A stretch of DNA of 64,000 bases, from assembly GCA_945907755.1 (NCBI GenBank), contig CAMDTN010000004.1:20873-84872 (forward strand), written 5' to 3'. Shown here in pieces: positions 37,417-45,394 of the stretch (positions are counted from its first letter, which is position 1; every line of letters begins with the position of its first letter). Position numbers and translations under genes: made by a program. A model generated the notes under the pieces. That model was not told where the DNA came from and did no database searches. It was given only the letters and a program-made list of their open reading frames with translations. Source of the stretch: Singulisphaera sp. GP187. GTDB taxonomy: Bacteria; Planctomycetota; GCA-002687715.

Positions 37417-39284
37417 ATGACATTTTTTTCTACTTTCTCACCGCGTTTGGCATCGGGTTCATCATCTTTGTGCACGAGTTAGGCCACTTCATGGCTGCAC
37501 GTGCCGTCGGTGTCCGCGTTGAAGCCTTTTCCATCGGCTTCGGGCCGAAGCTCTTCTCATTCCATCGCGGCGACACGGAATATCGTTGTGGTCTCGTTCC
37601 TCTGGGGGGCTATGTGAAAATGGCGGGCGAGGATCCGACGCGCCCCACCACCGGCAAACCCGATGAGTTTGGATCTAAGACTGTTGCGCAGCGCGTCTTG
37701 GTGATCAGTGCAGGCGTGATCATGAACATGATCTTCGCGTTGATTGCCATTCCACTGGCGTTCACCATCGGCGTTCCCTTCGAAAGCCCCGAGATCGGCG
37801 GCACCCAGCGCTTGGGCCCCGCGTGGAAAGCAGGCCTTCGCACAGGAGATCGTGTCGTTTCCATCGACGACAAACCCGTACTGACTTTCGAGGACATTCC
37901 GCTCGACCTCGCAGTTGCAGGTGGCCCTGTGGAAGTTGAAATCAAGCGCGGCGAGCGCGTGTTCCGCACCGTCATCGCCCCAGAACCGGACCCTGTCCGC
38001 GGCGTACCCGCCATCGGCATCGCACCGATCGCGTCCAGTGTGAGCATTCCTGCGGCTGCACTGAAGACCAACGAAGACGATGCTTCAAGCGCTGCGCGTG
38101 CTGCCGCGCTGCTCGCAGCAGGCATCGAAGCGGGTGATCAGGTGCTGCGCTTGAACGGCTTGCCGTACAGCCGCGCGTGGTGGGAAGCTGAAGCCCAGCG
38201 CATCCGCACCAACGACGCTCCTGCAGAATTGATTGTTCGCCGCGGTGTTGGGCCCGAACGCACCGTGCGCTTAGCACCGCTGTGGAGCCCTCCCGCAGAC
38301 GCCAGCGACCGACAAATCGGTGTGCAAGCACGGGCCAACCGCGTTGCGGTGCTGCGTCCGGGCTACGCCAGCAGCGGCCTGCTGGTTGGTGATGTGTTGT
38401 TGCGCGTTGACAACACAGCGATCGCACACATGGATGACTTCGCAGCGTTAGTCGGCGGCGGTATCGACCCGCGCCGCGACGGAGCCACTCCAGGCAGCGC
38501 AAAGGCAACTCTCACGGTGCTGCGCGCCGGCTCCGAGCATGCAGTTGAGCTGCTCACTGCAGATGCAGCGCAGCGTTGCGACTTCCTCGAAGATGTTGTG
38601 TTGGACGCACCCTCTGCACTACTGGTGGATGTCAATCCGAGCGGGGCGGCCGCTGCTGCCGGGATGCAAAGCGGCGATCGTATCCACAGCATGAACGGTA
38701 GAGCCGTTGCCGATTGGGATGCGCTGAAAGCGGCCATCCGTGAATCCGCAGGCAATGCGCTGCGTGTTGAAGTGCTACGCGGCGATACGACTGTCGCGTT
38801 CAGTTTGGAAGCGCAACCTCGGCGCACGAATGTCGCCTTGCCAGTGTTTGCGGAGACCCCAAAAAGTGAGACGGTGCGACTGTCGGCTGGCGCGGCGATC
38901 GCTGCAGGCATCGCACACACAGGGCGGGTGGCCAGCCGCGTGTTGCAAACGCTGCGCTCTGTGTTCACCGGCACCGTTTCCAGTAAACACCTCGGCGGCA
39001 TCATCACCATCTTCCGCGCCTCAGTGACTTACTCGCAAATCGCCTTCACCCGCGGGCTGCTGTTCCTCGCGCTCGTTTCCATCAATCTCGCCATCTTGAA
39101 CATTCTGCCCATACCCGTGCTGGACGGCGGCTGGCTGATGTTCCTGATGATCGAAAAAATTCGCGGTTCTCCTCTGCCAGAGCGTGCCATGGCTTGGTTC
39201 CAGTGGGGCGGGCTTGCAGCAGTGCTCAGCCTGATGCTCTATGTCACTTGGAATGACATCGCGCGTCTCGTGGGTTGGATGTGA
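37410..39284 (+). CDS. rseP: RIP (site-2) zinc metalloprotease RseP with an extended PDZ region
   Basis: HELGH in the first TM (FVHELGHFMAARAVGV). A C-terminal LNILPIPVLDGG motif is present. At 624 aa it is longer than the usual ~450 aa. It overlaps the dxr stop. Confidence 0.9.
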   Translation: MLNDIFFYFLTAFGIGFIIFVHELGHFMAARAVGVRVEAFSIGFGPKLFSFHRGDTEYRCGLVPLGGYVKMAGEDPTRPTTGKPDEFGSKTVAQRVLVISAGVIMNMIFALIAIPLAFTIGVPFESPEIGGTQRLGPAWKAGLRTGDRVVSIDDKPVLTFEDIPLDLAVAGGPVEVEIKRGERVFRTVIAPEPDPVRGVPAIGIAPIASSVSIPAAALKTNEDDASSAARAAALLAAGIEAGDQVLRLNGLPYSRAWWEAEAQRIRTNDAPAELIVRRGVGPERTVRLAPLWSPPADASDRQIGVQARANRVAVLRPGYASSGLLVGDVLLRVDNTAIAHMDDFAALVGGGIDPRRDGATPGSAKATLTVLRAGSEHAVELLTADAAQRCDFLEDVVLDAPSALLVDVNPSGAAAAAGMQSGDRIHSMNGRAVADWDALKAAIRESAGNALRVEVLRGDTTVAFSLEAQPRRTNVALPVFAETPKSETVRLSAGAAIAAGIAHTGRVASRVLQTLRSVFTGTVSSKHLGGIITIFRASVTYSQIAFTRGLLFLALVSINLAILNILPIPVLDGGWLMFLMIEKIRGSPLPERAMAWFQWGGLAAVLSLMLYVTWNDIARLVGWM

Positions 39285-39979
39285 AACTTGCAGAGTTCGG
39301 CTCGTTCCTGCGCGCGCCGAACGGGCTGACGGCGGCCGCCGATGTATTGGCCGGCGCCGCCATCGCGGGCGCCGCGCTGGACGCACGCCTCGCGTTGGCC
39401 GCTGCTGGCGCGGTGGCGCTTTACTGCGGCGGCATCGTTCTGAACGATGCTATGGACGCCGCTAAGGATGCGCAGACGCACGCCGAGCGAGCGATTCCAT
39501 CGGGCAAAATCAGCGCCCTAGCGGCAGTGTTTGTTGCCGCAGGGCTTCTCTTTCTCGGCGCGCTGCCTGCGCTGCTGCAACCCGAACGCATCCCCTTAGT
39601 CGCGGCACTCATCGGCTGCATCGTGCTCTACGACATCATTCCAGAACGATGGTCTTGGGGTGCGCTTTTTTTCATGGGCGCATGTCGTGCGCTCAACTTG
39701 GCCTGCGGCGTGGCGCTTGGGGTGGAACACTGGTCGGTATTGGCCAGCGTTGCGGTGGCCGCGCAGTTCAGCCTGATCGCTGCGCTCACATGGGTTAGTC
39801 AACAAGAAGGAAAGCTCGCTTGCGCGCCGCGCGTTGTGCGCACCACGCTGCTGCTGCTCATCCCATGGAGTGCTTGCTGGGGTTTCGCTGGCACCAACGA
39901 ATGGTTCCCACTCATCATTCTCGCATTATGGCCGCTGCAATTAGGCTTGCGACGGTTGCTGCAGTTCAAGACAAGTTGA
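39275..39979 (+). CDS. Short UbiA-family prenyltransferase-like membrane protein
   Basis: First Asp-rich motif NDAMDAAKD and the following RAIPSGKIS. Only about 234 aa. The start is TTG 39275 or GTG 39281 (GTGA overlap with the rseP stop). Confidence 0.6.
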   Translation: MDVKLAEFGSFLRAPNGLTAAADVLAGAAIAGAALDARLALAAAGAVALYCGGIVLNDAMDAAKDAQTHAERAIPSGKISALAAVFVAAGLLFLGALPALLQPERIPLVAALIGCIVLYDIIPERWSWGALFFMGACRALNLACGVALGVEHWSVLASVAVAAQFSLIAALTWVSQQEGKLACAPRVVRTTLLLLIPWSACWGFAGTNEWFPLIILALWPLQLGLRRLLQFKTS

Positions 39980-41204
39980 GGGCGCCGCGTTGGCGCAGCC
40001 AGACCAGCGCGTCATCTGCGGACGCAAGCTGCCCTTGCAACTGCAGCCAACGCACGCGCCGCAACCAGTGGCCTAAGCGTGGGCCAGCGGCCATGCCCTG
40101 CTGTTGCAACACCTTGCCATCGATGAGAGGCAGTGGTCGCTCTGACATGCCTTGGGCGCGCACGGCACTTAGGAGTTCCAACGCCGCAGCGGCGTCGCCC
40201 TCTGCTTGCAAGAGATCTTCGTGCTGCGTGGCATCGGCGCGCGTCGCTGCGAGGACTTGCCGTGCGCGCGCGCAAGCGTGCAGCCCCCGATAGCGCCGCC
40301 GCGAGCGCAACAATGCCTGCAACACCCGCGCTTCCTCCGTGGAAAGGCGCAATTGCAGAGCCACCTGCGCGCATTGAGCATCCAGCGCCGACGCCGCTGC
40401 CCATTCGTTGCGCCGCAATACCACCGCAAGGAACAACGGGAACTCACGCAAGCTAAGACGATCCAACACTGTGGCGTGCTCGGCGCAGGCGGCAGGATCC
40501 GATTGCGGCAGCACATGCTGCAACAGACCCGTGTCGCGCAGCAAAAGCATGGCGTCACCGCGTCGCGATGCGCTGCGCGTAGCGATCTTCACGAGCTCGT
40601 CCCGCACCCGCTCGGCGGACACTGCACCAATTCCTGCCTGCTCCGAACGCACCGCTTCGAGAGTGCTCGCTTCTAGTTGGAAATCGCCACTGCTGCCAAA
40701 TCGCACAGCGCGCAAAAGGCGCAGGCCATCTTCCTTCAGTCGTTGGCGTGCGTCCCCGATGGCGCGGATGCGTCGTTGGCGAATGTCTTCAACGCCGCCA
40801 ACGAGGTCCAGCACTTTGTCGTTCAGTGGGTTCCACAGCACGCCGTTGGCCGTGAAATCGCGCCGCTGCACATCTTCGGCAGCACTGCCGTAGTGCACAC
40901 TCGTGGGGCGCCTGCCATCGATGTACTCGCCATCGGAACGGAATGTGGCGACCTCAGTCCACTGGCCAAGCGTGCCCACGCGCACCACGCCGAAAGCCTT
41001 GCCAACGTCGATGGTGCGGCGGAACAGTGCACACAAGCGCTCGGGCACCGCATCGGTGGTGATGTCTAACTCTGCAGCGGTGGTGACATCTTGGCCCAAG
41101 ATGTGGTCGCGCACGGCCCCGCCAACGAGCCACGCTTCGTGGCCGTTCCTGCGCAAGTGGTGCAGCACTTCCAAAGCTGCTTCGTAGGGGGTTCCGCGTT
41201 CCAT
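39966..41204 (-). CDS. cca: tRNA nucleotidyltransferase / poly(A) polymerase family protein (CCA-adding type)
   Basis: Start at MERGTPYEAALEVL. WLVGGAVRDHILG and ELDITTD nucleotidyltransferase motifs. ORF-track residues upstream of the chosen start were judged non-coding. Confidence 0.8.
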   Translation of the reverse strand: MERGTPYEAALEVLHHLRRNGHEAWLVGGAVRDHILGQDVTTAAELDITTDAVPERLCALFRRTIDVGKAFGVVRVGTLGQWTEVATFRSDGEYIDGRRPTSVHYGSAAEDVQRRDFTANGVLWNPLNDKVLDLVGGVEDIRQRRIRAIGDARQRLKEDGLRLLRAVRFGSSGDFQLEASTLEAVRSEQAGIGAVSAERVRDELVKIATRSASRRGDAMLLLRDTGLLQHVLPQSDPAACAEHATVLDRLSLREFPLFLAVVLRRNEWAAASALDAQCAQVALQLRLSTEEARVLQALLRSRRRYRGLHACARARQVLAATRADATQHEDLLQAEGDAAAALELLSAVRAQGMSERPLPLIDGKVLQQQGMAAGPRLGHWLRRVRWLQLQGQLASADDALVWLRQRGALNLS

Positions 41205-41281
41205 GCTGGGCCCCAGCCTACAGCCGTGTCTGCGTGCAGCAAGGAGTGGCGTCTGCTGCCGTTGCGTGCGAACATCCGGCC

Positions 41282-41860
41282 ATGCAATGGAACACCCGAG
41301 GCACGATACGCATCGAAGTGTTGGCAATATTGCTGCTCACATCGGTTGCTGCCTTGCTGCTGTGGCCGGAGCGGGCTGGCTTCGCTGTCGCTCAGCGCGA
41401 TGCCGCTGCGATAGCGCAACTGCGCGCGCTGCGGGCCACGGTCTTGCAGCACCATGCCCGAACCGGCCGTTATCCCATAGCAAGCGAGCTCACTGACTTG
41501 CCCAGCGGTGTGCGCTTCGAGCGCAACAGCGACTCGCTTGCAGCTGACGGCTACATTTTCAAGCTGTGGATCCCCTCCGAATTGGGAGGCGCCACCGGCA
41601 ATGCGGCGCAACGCTCTGCCAACCGCGGCGAACAAACTTGCGCCCTGATGGCATGGCCGCAGACGCGCGCGCCAGGCATGGGGCGGATCTTTGCCTGGAT
41701 TCCTGATGAGACATGGGCCGTGGACAACCTGAACACGCCGTATGTCGGCAATGGCGACGCACCCCCTCCGACACTCTTGGGTGGACGATTGGCCGGGCGT
41801 GCGCTTGGGCTGCCCATCCGTTGGGCCGATCGATTGCCTTGGCAACGCGTGGAGTTGTAG
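41282..41860 (+). CDS. Pilin/pseudopilin-like protein with a non-canonical class III signal
   Basis: MQWNTRG|TIRIEVLAILLLTSVAALLLWP has Gly, then Glu at +5, then a hydrophobic helix as in prepilins. Thr replaces the usual Phe/Met at +1. 192 aa. Confidence 0.5.
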   Translation: MQWNTRGTIRIEVLAILLLTSVAALLLWPERAGFAVAQRDAAAIAQLRALRATVLQHHARTGRYPIASELTDLPSGVRFERNSDSLAADGYIFKLWIPSELGGATGNAAQRSANRGEQTCALMAWPQTRAPGMGRIFAWIPDETWAVDNLNTPYVGNGDAPPPTLLGGRLAGRALGLPIRWADRLPWQRVEL

Positions 41861-41862
41861 GC

Positions 41863-43275
41863 TCAGCCTTCCTTGCGCGCGGCGAGATCCAACAAACGCA
41901 ACTGCTGTTCACACAGTGTCGGAAACCGCTTGTGCGCTTGCAGCACCGCTGCGCGCGCTTCGGATCCATCGATGGCACCGAGCACCCCGATCAAGAACGC
42001 AGCGCGTGCTTCGTCGGATGTAGCGCTCAATCGTTGGGCAACGGCGGGCACCATCGTGCTGTTGTTGCCGCTGCAAACAGGCGCAATTTGCCCAGGGTGC
42101 GAGAGGGTGCTGTCTAACAGCGCCGCGAATAGTGCATCCGTGGGCACCCCGCCTCGTGCGGCCAATCCGCTCACCACGGCTTCAGCATCACCGGGCCGGT
42201 GCTCTGCAACCAGCGCGCCTACTCTCTCGATGTCAGATGCGTTGCCAGCCGCCGCAATCACTTGGAGTGCCAAGAGTCTCTTCGTGCTCGCCGGGGCCCC
42301 AGAGGTCAGCCCCTCGCGTGCATGCTGCAACACCTCCGCGTCGCCAAGCAGCGCTAGTGTGCTCAGGACCAGCCCTTCGAGGCTTGGCGGCACCTCACCG
42401 CGGAATTGACGGAGCCGTGGGATGTAGCTGCTGAGCCGCAAGTCGACCATCGCTTCTAAGGCTGCATGCAGCTCTGGCATCAAGCGCGCATCTAGCCCTT
42501 GGGCGTAAAACCCGTCAGGTGCTGGGCGGCCGAGGCGGCCAAGAGCGTGCGCAGCGCGAACGCGAACGCCTAACTCTTCATCCTGTAGCAATTCCACCAA
42601 CCGTGGCAGGAATGACTTCAATTGCAGCCTCGCGACATAATCAATCGCGTCGGCGCGCACGGTCGCAATGGAGTCCTTTAAGGCTCGATCGAGAATCAAC
42701 GGCGTTTCAGGCCCACCGCAGGCCAGCGCCGCATCCAAGATGATCAAACGCGTTTGCGTCCCCGCATTGGGATGGTCGCGGTTGATCTCGTCATAAAACT
42801 TGCACAGCAGTGGAACGAATGCAGGATCGCGCTGAGTGCGCGCAACAATCGGGCCCTTTGAGCGCACTTCGAAGTCTGGGTGCTGGAAGATCTCTTTGCT
42901 TGGGCCGACAAAATCAGCGCTGCGCACCAGGGCAAATATGTCCGCGAAGGCGCTCGCTTCGTACTTCGAAATGTTGGTTCGCCCTGCCCACGCGTTCAAC
43001 ACAGCGCGACGGGTCGATTCCTCGTTGCACAGCAGTGCGATGTCGTCCTTCATGCCACCAATCAGTCCGGCTGCGCCGGACGTGAGCTGATCGAGGCACT
43101 GCTGCACCGCGCGCTGGCGCTCGGCCGGAGCGGCAAACAAATGAAATGACGGCGTGCGGCCGCTCGGTAGTGTTCGAACTGGCGGAGCCTCGGGTTCGCC
43201 GCGAAAAGCGAGGAATGCGTAAGCCAGCCCAATGGCTACCAAGATGACCAGCAAGATGCGCGCGAGTTGTGGCAT
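41863..43275 (-). CDS. Membrane-anchored HEAT-like repeat protein
   Basis: N-terminal TM ILLVILVAIGLAYAFLAF. HEAT-like units such as LQDEELGVRVRAAHALGRLG. It starts 3 nt after the upstream stop. Confidence 0.65.
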   Translation of the reverse strand: MPQLARILLVILVAIGLAYAFLAFRGEPEAPPVRTLPSGRTPSFHLFAAPAERQRAVQQCLDQLTSGAAGLIGGMKDDIALLCNEESTRRAVLNAWAGRTNISKYEASAFADIFALVRSADFVGPSKEIFQHPDFEVRSKGPIVARTQRDPAFVPLLCKFYDEINRDHPNAGTQTRLIILDAALACGGPETPLILDRALKDSIATVRADAIDYVARLQLKSFLPRLVELLQDEELGVRVRAAHALGRLGRPAPDGFYAQGLDARLMPELHAALEAMVDLRLSSYIPRLRQFRGEVPPSLEGLVLSTLALLGDAEVLQHAREGLTSGAPASTKRLLALQVIAAAGNASDIERVGALVAEHRPGDAEAVVSGLAARGGVPTDALFAALLDSTLSHPGQIAPVCSGNNSTMVPAVAQRLSATSDEARAAFLIGVLGAIDGSEARAAVLQAHKRFPTLCEQQLRLLDLAARKEG

Positions 43276-43278
43276 CGC

Positions 43279-44499
43279 TCACCCTCCTCGTTGTGCGTTG
43301 CGTGCAGCGCGCCGCAGCGCTTCGACGCTCAGGAATGCAGGCGTCAATAGTCGATTGAGCAGTTCCACGCGGGCATTCTCCTCCGGCAGCAAGCGCATCT
43401 GAGCGAGCACTCGTTCGAGGACTTCGCGGCCTCTCAAGCCATCCACGCGCGCAATGGCTGTCAAGGTGGCGTCGAGAATATCGCGTTGCGGCAACAGCGC
43501 CACAAGTGCATCCAGACTTTCTGGGCCCGCCAGTTTGCCCACAGCTTCAACGCGTGCGCTGCGTTCAGCGCGCTCAGCGCTTGCCGGAATGTCCAGTAAT
43601 TTCGCGACGCTCGCTTCGCTGCCAAGGTCGCCTAGCAAAAGCGCGGATTCTTGACGGAGGTGCCCAGCCGTAGCCCCGAGCAGTGCCTCCAATGCCGAGC
43701 GTCCGCGAGCCGCGAAGCGCGCTGCAAATGCGCCCAAGAACTCTGGCTGCCTTGATGCGTGCGCGCGCAAAGTGCGCTCTAAGAGCCGCACCCAAGCGTC
43801 GCGCTCGTCACCTTCCTTGACTGTAGTTTCTGTTCCGTAGCAGACACCCAACACGCTCTTGCGAATACGCTGCGACAAAGCCGTTGCAATGTGGCGGTCT
43901 TCGAGCGGCAAAGATGCCCCGGCCCGATGGACGGTGCCTGCGTCTTCCCACTGCAGGCAGACCGCGTTCATCTCGCTCAGTCGGCACAACTCGCGAAGTC
44001 CTGCTCGCTGTGCGAAAGTCGAAGTGGAGCGCACGCCGCTGAGGGAAAGTTCGCGCAGAGTTTCGTGGAGCTGCGGACCGTTGGGCTGCGCCGCAAGGCG
44101 CAGGGTGCTTTCGACCAGCACTGGTCCGATCACTGAATCGTCAGCAGTGAGATCGATCAAGTCCACTGCTGCGAAAACACTCGACTTCGGATCGCCCTTG
44201 AGGAACAGCAGCTTGGACAATTCTGGGTACGCGGCGCCGCGCGTGCCCAAGCCGCCCACGCGCACTTCACTCAGCTTGCCGCCCTTGAAACAGCGCTCGA
44301 CCTTGAAGACAGTCAACTGAACACTGGCGGACACCAGGCGATCGCTTACCCAGCGCCCCTGCACGATGACATCGGAGCGGTCGAGCAGCGCTCCGCACAG
44401 CCAAGGCTTGGTTTGGCCCCATGCGGCTACGACACAACAAAGCAGCATTATGCAAACCCGCATGAGAGGCCATTCTATGCCTCCCAACCGGCTCGCCAC
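43279..44499 (-). CDS. Hypothetical secreted protein with a C-terminal alpha-helical (HEAT-like) region
   Basis: Signal peptide MRVCIMLLCCVVAAWGQ. The start is GTG 44499 or ATG 44463. I recognise no domain. Confidence 0.55.
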   Translation of the reverse strand: MASRLGGIEWPLMRVCIMLLCCVVAAWGQTKPWLCGALLDRSDVIVQGRWVSDRLVSASVQLTVFKVERCFKGGKLSEVRVGGLGTRGAAYPELSKLLFLKGDPKSSVFAAVDLIDLTADDSVIGPVLVESTLRLAAQPNGPQLHETLRELSLSGVRSTSTFAQRAGLRELCRLSEMNAVCLQWEDAGTVHRAGASLPLEDRHIATALSQRIRKSVLGVCYGTETTVKEGDERDAWVRLLERTLRAHASRQPEFLGAFAARFAARGRSALEALLGATAGHLRQESALLLGDLGSEASVAKLLDIPASAERAERSARVEAVGKLAGPESLDALVALLPQRDILDATLTAIARVDGLRGREVLERVLAQMRLLPEENARVELLNRLLTPAFLSVEALRRAARNAQRGG

Positions 44500-44512
44500 A
44501 GGCGCGTTCTGC

Positions 44513-44707
44513 TCAGACAGCCCGAACTTGGTTCAAGATGGCGGCTTCAGCTGCGTCGCGCTCACGGATCTTGTGCTCATGGATTTCAACGAAGCGTTGC
44601 ACTTCGTCGATTGCACCCGTGAATAGGCGCTCGCCGTTGGCCGTAACGGTGTACATCTTCTTGCCGCGAACAGAGGCTACAAAAGTAATGCGCATGTGAT
44701 TCTCCAT
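44513..44707 (-). CDS. Small hypothetical protein (60-64 aa)
   Basis: First ORF after the sigma-54 promoter. Start ATG 44707, or ATG 44695 preceded by GGAG at 6-nt spacing. No signal peptide. Confidence 0.45.
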   Translation of the reverse strand: MENHMRITFVASVRGKKMYTVTANGERLFTGAIDEVQRFVEIHEHKIRERDAAEAAILNQVRAV

Positions 44708-44709
44708 GC

Positions 44710-44727
44710 GGCTCCGGGAAAGGAGCC
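44710..44727 (-). promoter_or_regulatory. Leader hairpin sequestering the Shine-Dalgarno of the small ORF
   Basis: Minus-strand RNA GGCUCC-UUUCCC-GGAGCC. The 3' arm contains GGAG 4 nt before ATG 44707. Confidence 0.35.
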
Positions 44728-44742
44728 AAGCCCTTGATATGA

Positions 44743-44758
44743 AGCAAACCCCGTGCCA
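44743..44758 (-). promoter_or_regulatory. Sigma-54 (-24/-12) promoter
   Basis: Minus strand reads TGGCACGGGGTTTGCT, a full match to TGGCACG-N4-TTGCW. It is intergenic, 35 nt upstream of ATG 44707. Confidence 0.65.
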
Positions 44759-44902
44759 CGGTGGTTGCCGTGGCGGCCCCTAATTGCGCAACTCTTGTAC
44801 TGCCAGCGAGTTGCACCGGTTTGCGCATCGAACGCAGTGTTGCCTCAGCGCGAAGCAGTTGACGCATGCGTGCACTCTGGATCTGCGGCGTGCCTGCAGG
44901 CG

Positions 44903-45394
44903 TCAAATCCGCTTGTGCGCGTAAGCCTCGAGCTCCGCAAAAACGCCGTTGGGCACGCCTCTACCAAGTTCCAAGTGCAACAACCTGCGCTGATCGGGAG
45001 TGTGGCCAAGGTGCACACGAACAGCGGGCGGTGCCATCTCGTCGGGGAGCGTCTCAGGCCACTCAACAAGTGCCAGCGATTCGGGCTCGTCCAGAGGTTC
45101 GAGCACGCCTTGATGCACCAATGCGGCGCTGGAACTCACTCGGTAGAGATCCATGTGATTGAAGACGAGCCGACCGCCTTCGTAGCGGTGGTGTAGTGCA
45201 AACGTCGGGGAACAGAGCTCACGAGGATCGGGGTGGCCCAAACCACGCAGCACGCCGCGCGCGAAAGTCGTCTTGCCTGCGCCCAACTCGCCGATGCAGT
45301 CAATGCGAGCTCCCGCTGGCAGTAGACGCCCGAAGATTTCGCCGATTGATTCGGTCTCTTCAGCGCAGGTGCAGATTAATTCAACGGTGGACAT
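44903..45394 (-). CDS. tsaE: tRNA threonylcarbamoyladenosine biosynthesis ATPase TsaE
   Basis: Start at MSTVELICT. P-loop GELGAGKTTFARG. Typical ~160 aa length. Confidence 0.85.
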   Translation of the reverse strand: MSTVELICTCAEETESIGEIFGRLLPAGARIDCIGELGAGKTTFARGVLRGLGHPDPRELCSPTFALHHRYEGGRLVFNHMDLYRVSSSAALVHQGVLEPLDEPESLALVEWPETLPDEMAPPAVRVHLGHTPDQRRLLHLELGRGVPNGVFAELEAYAHKRI

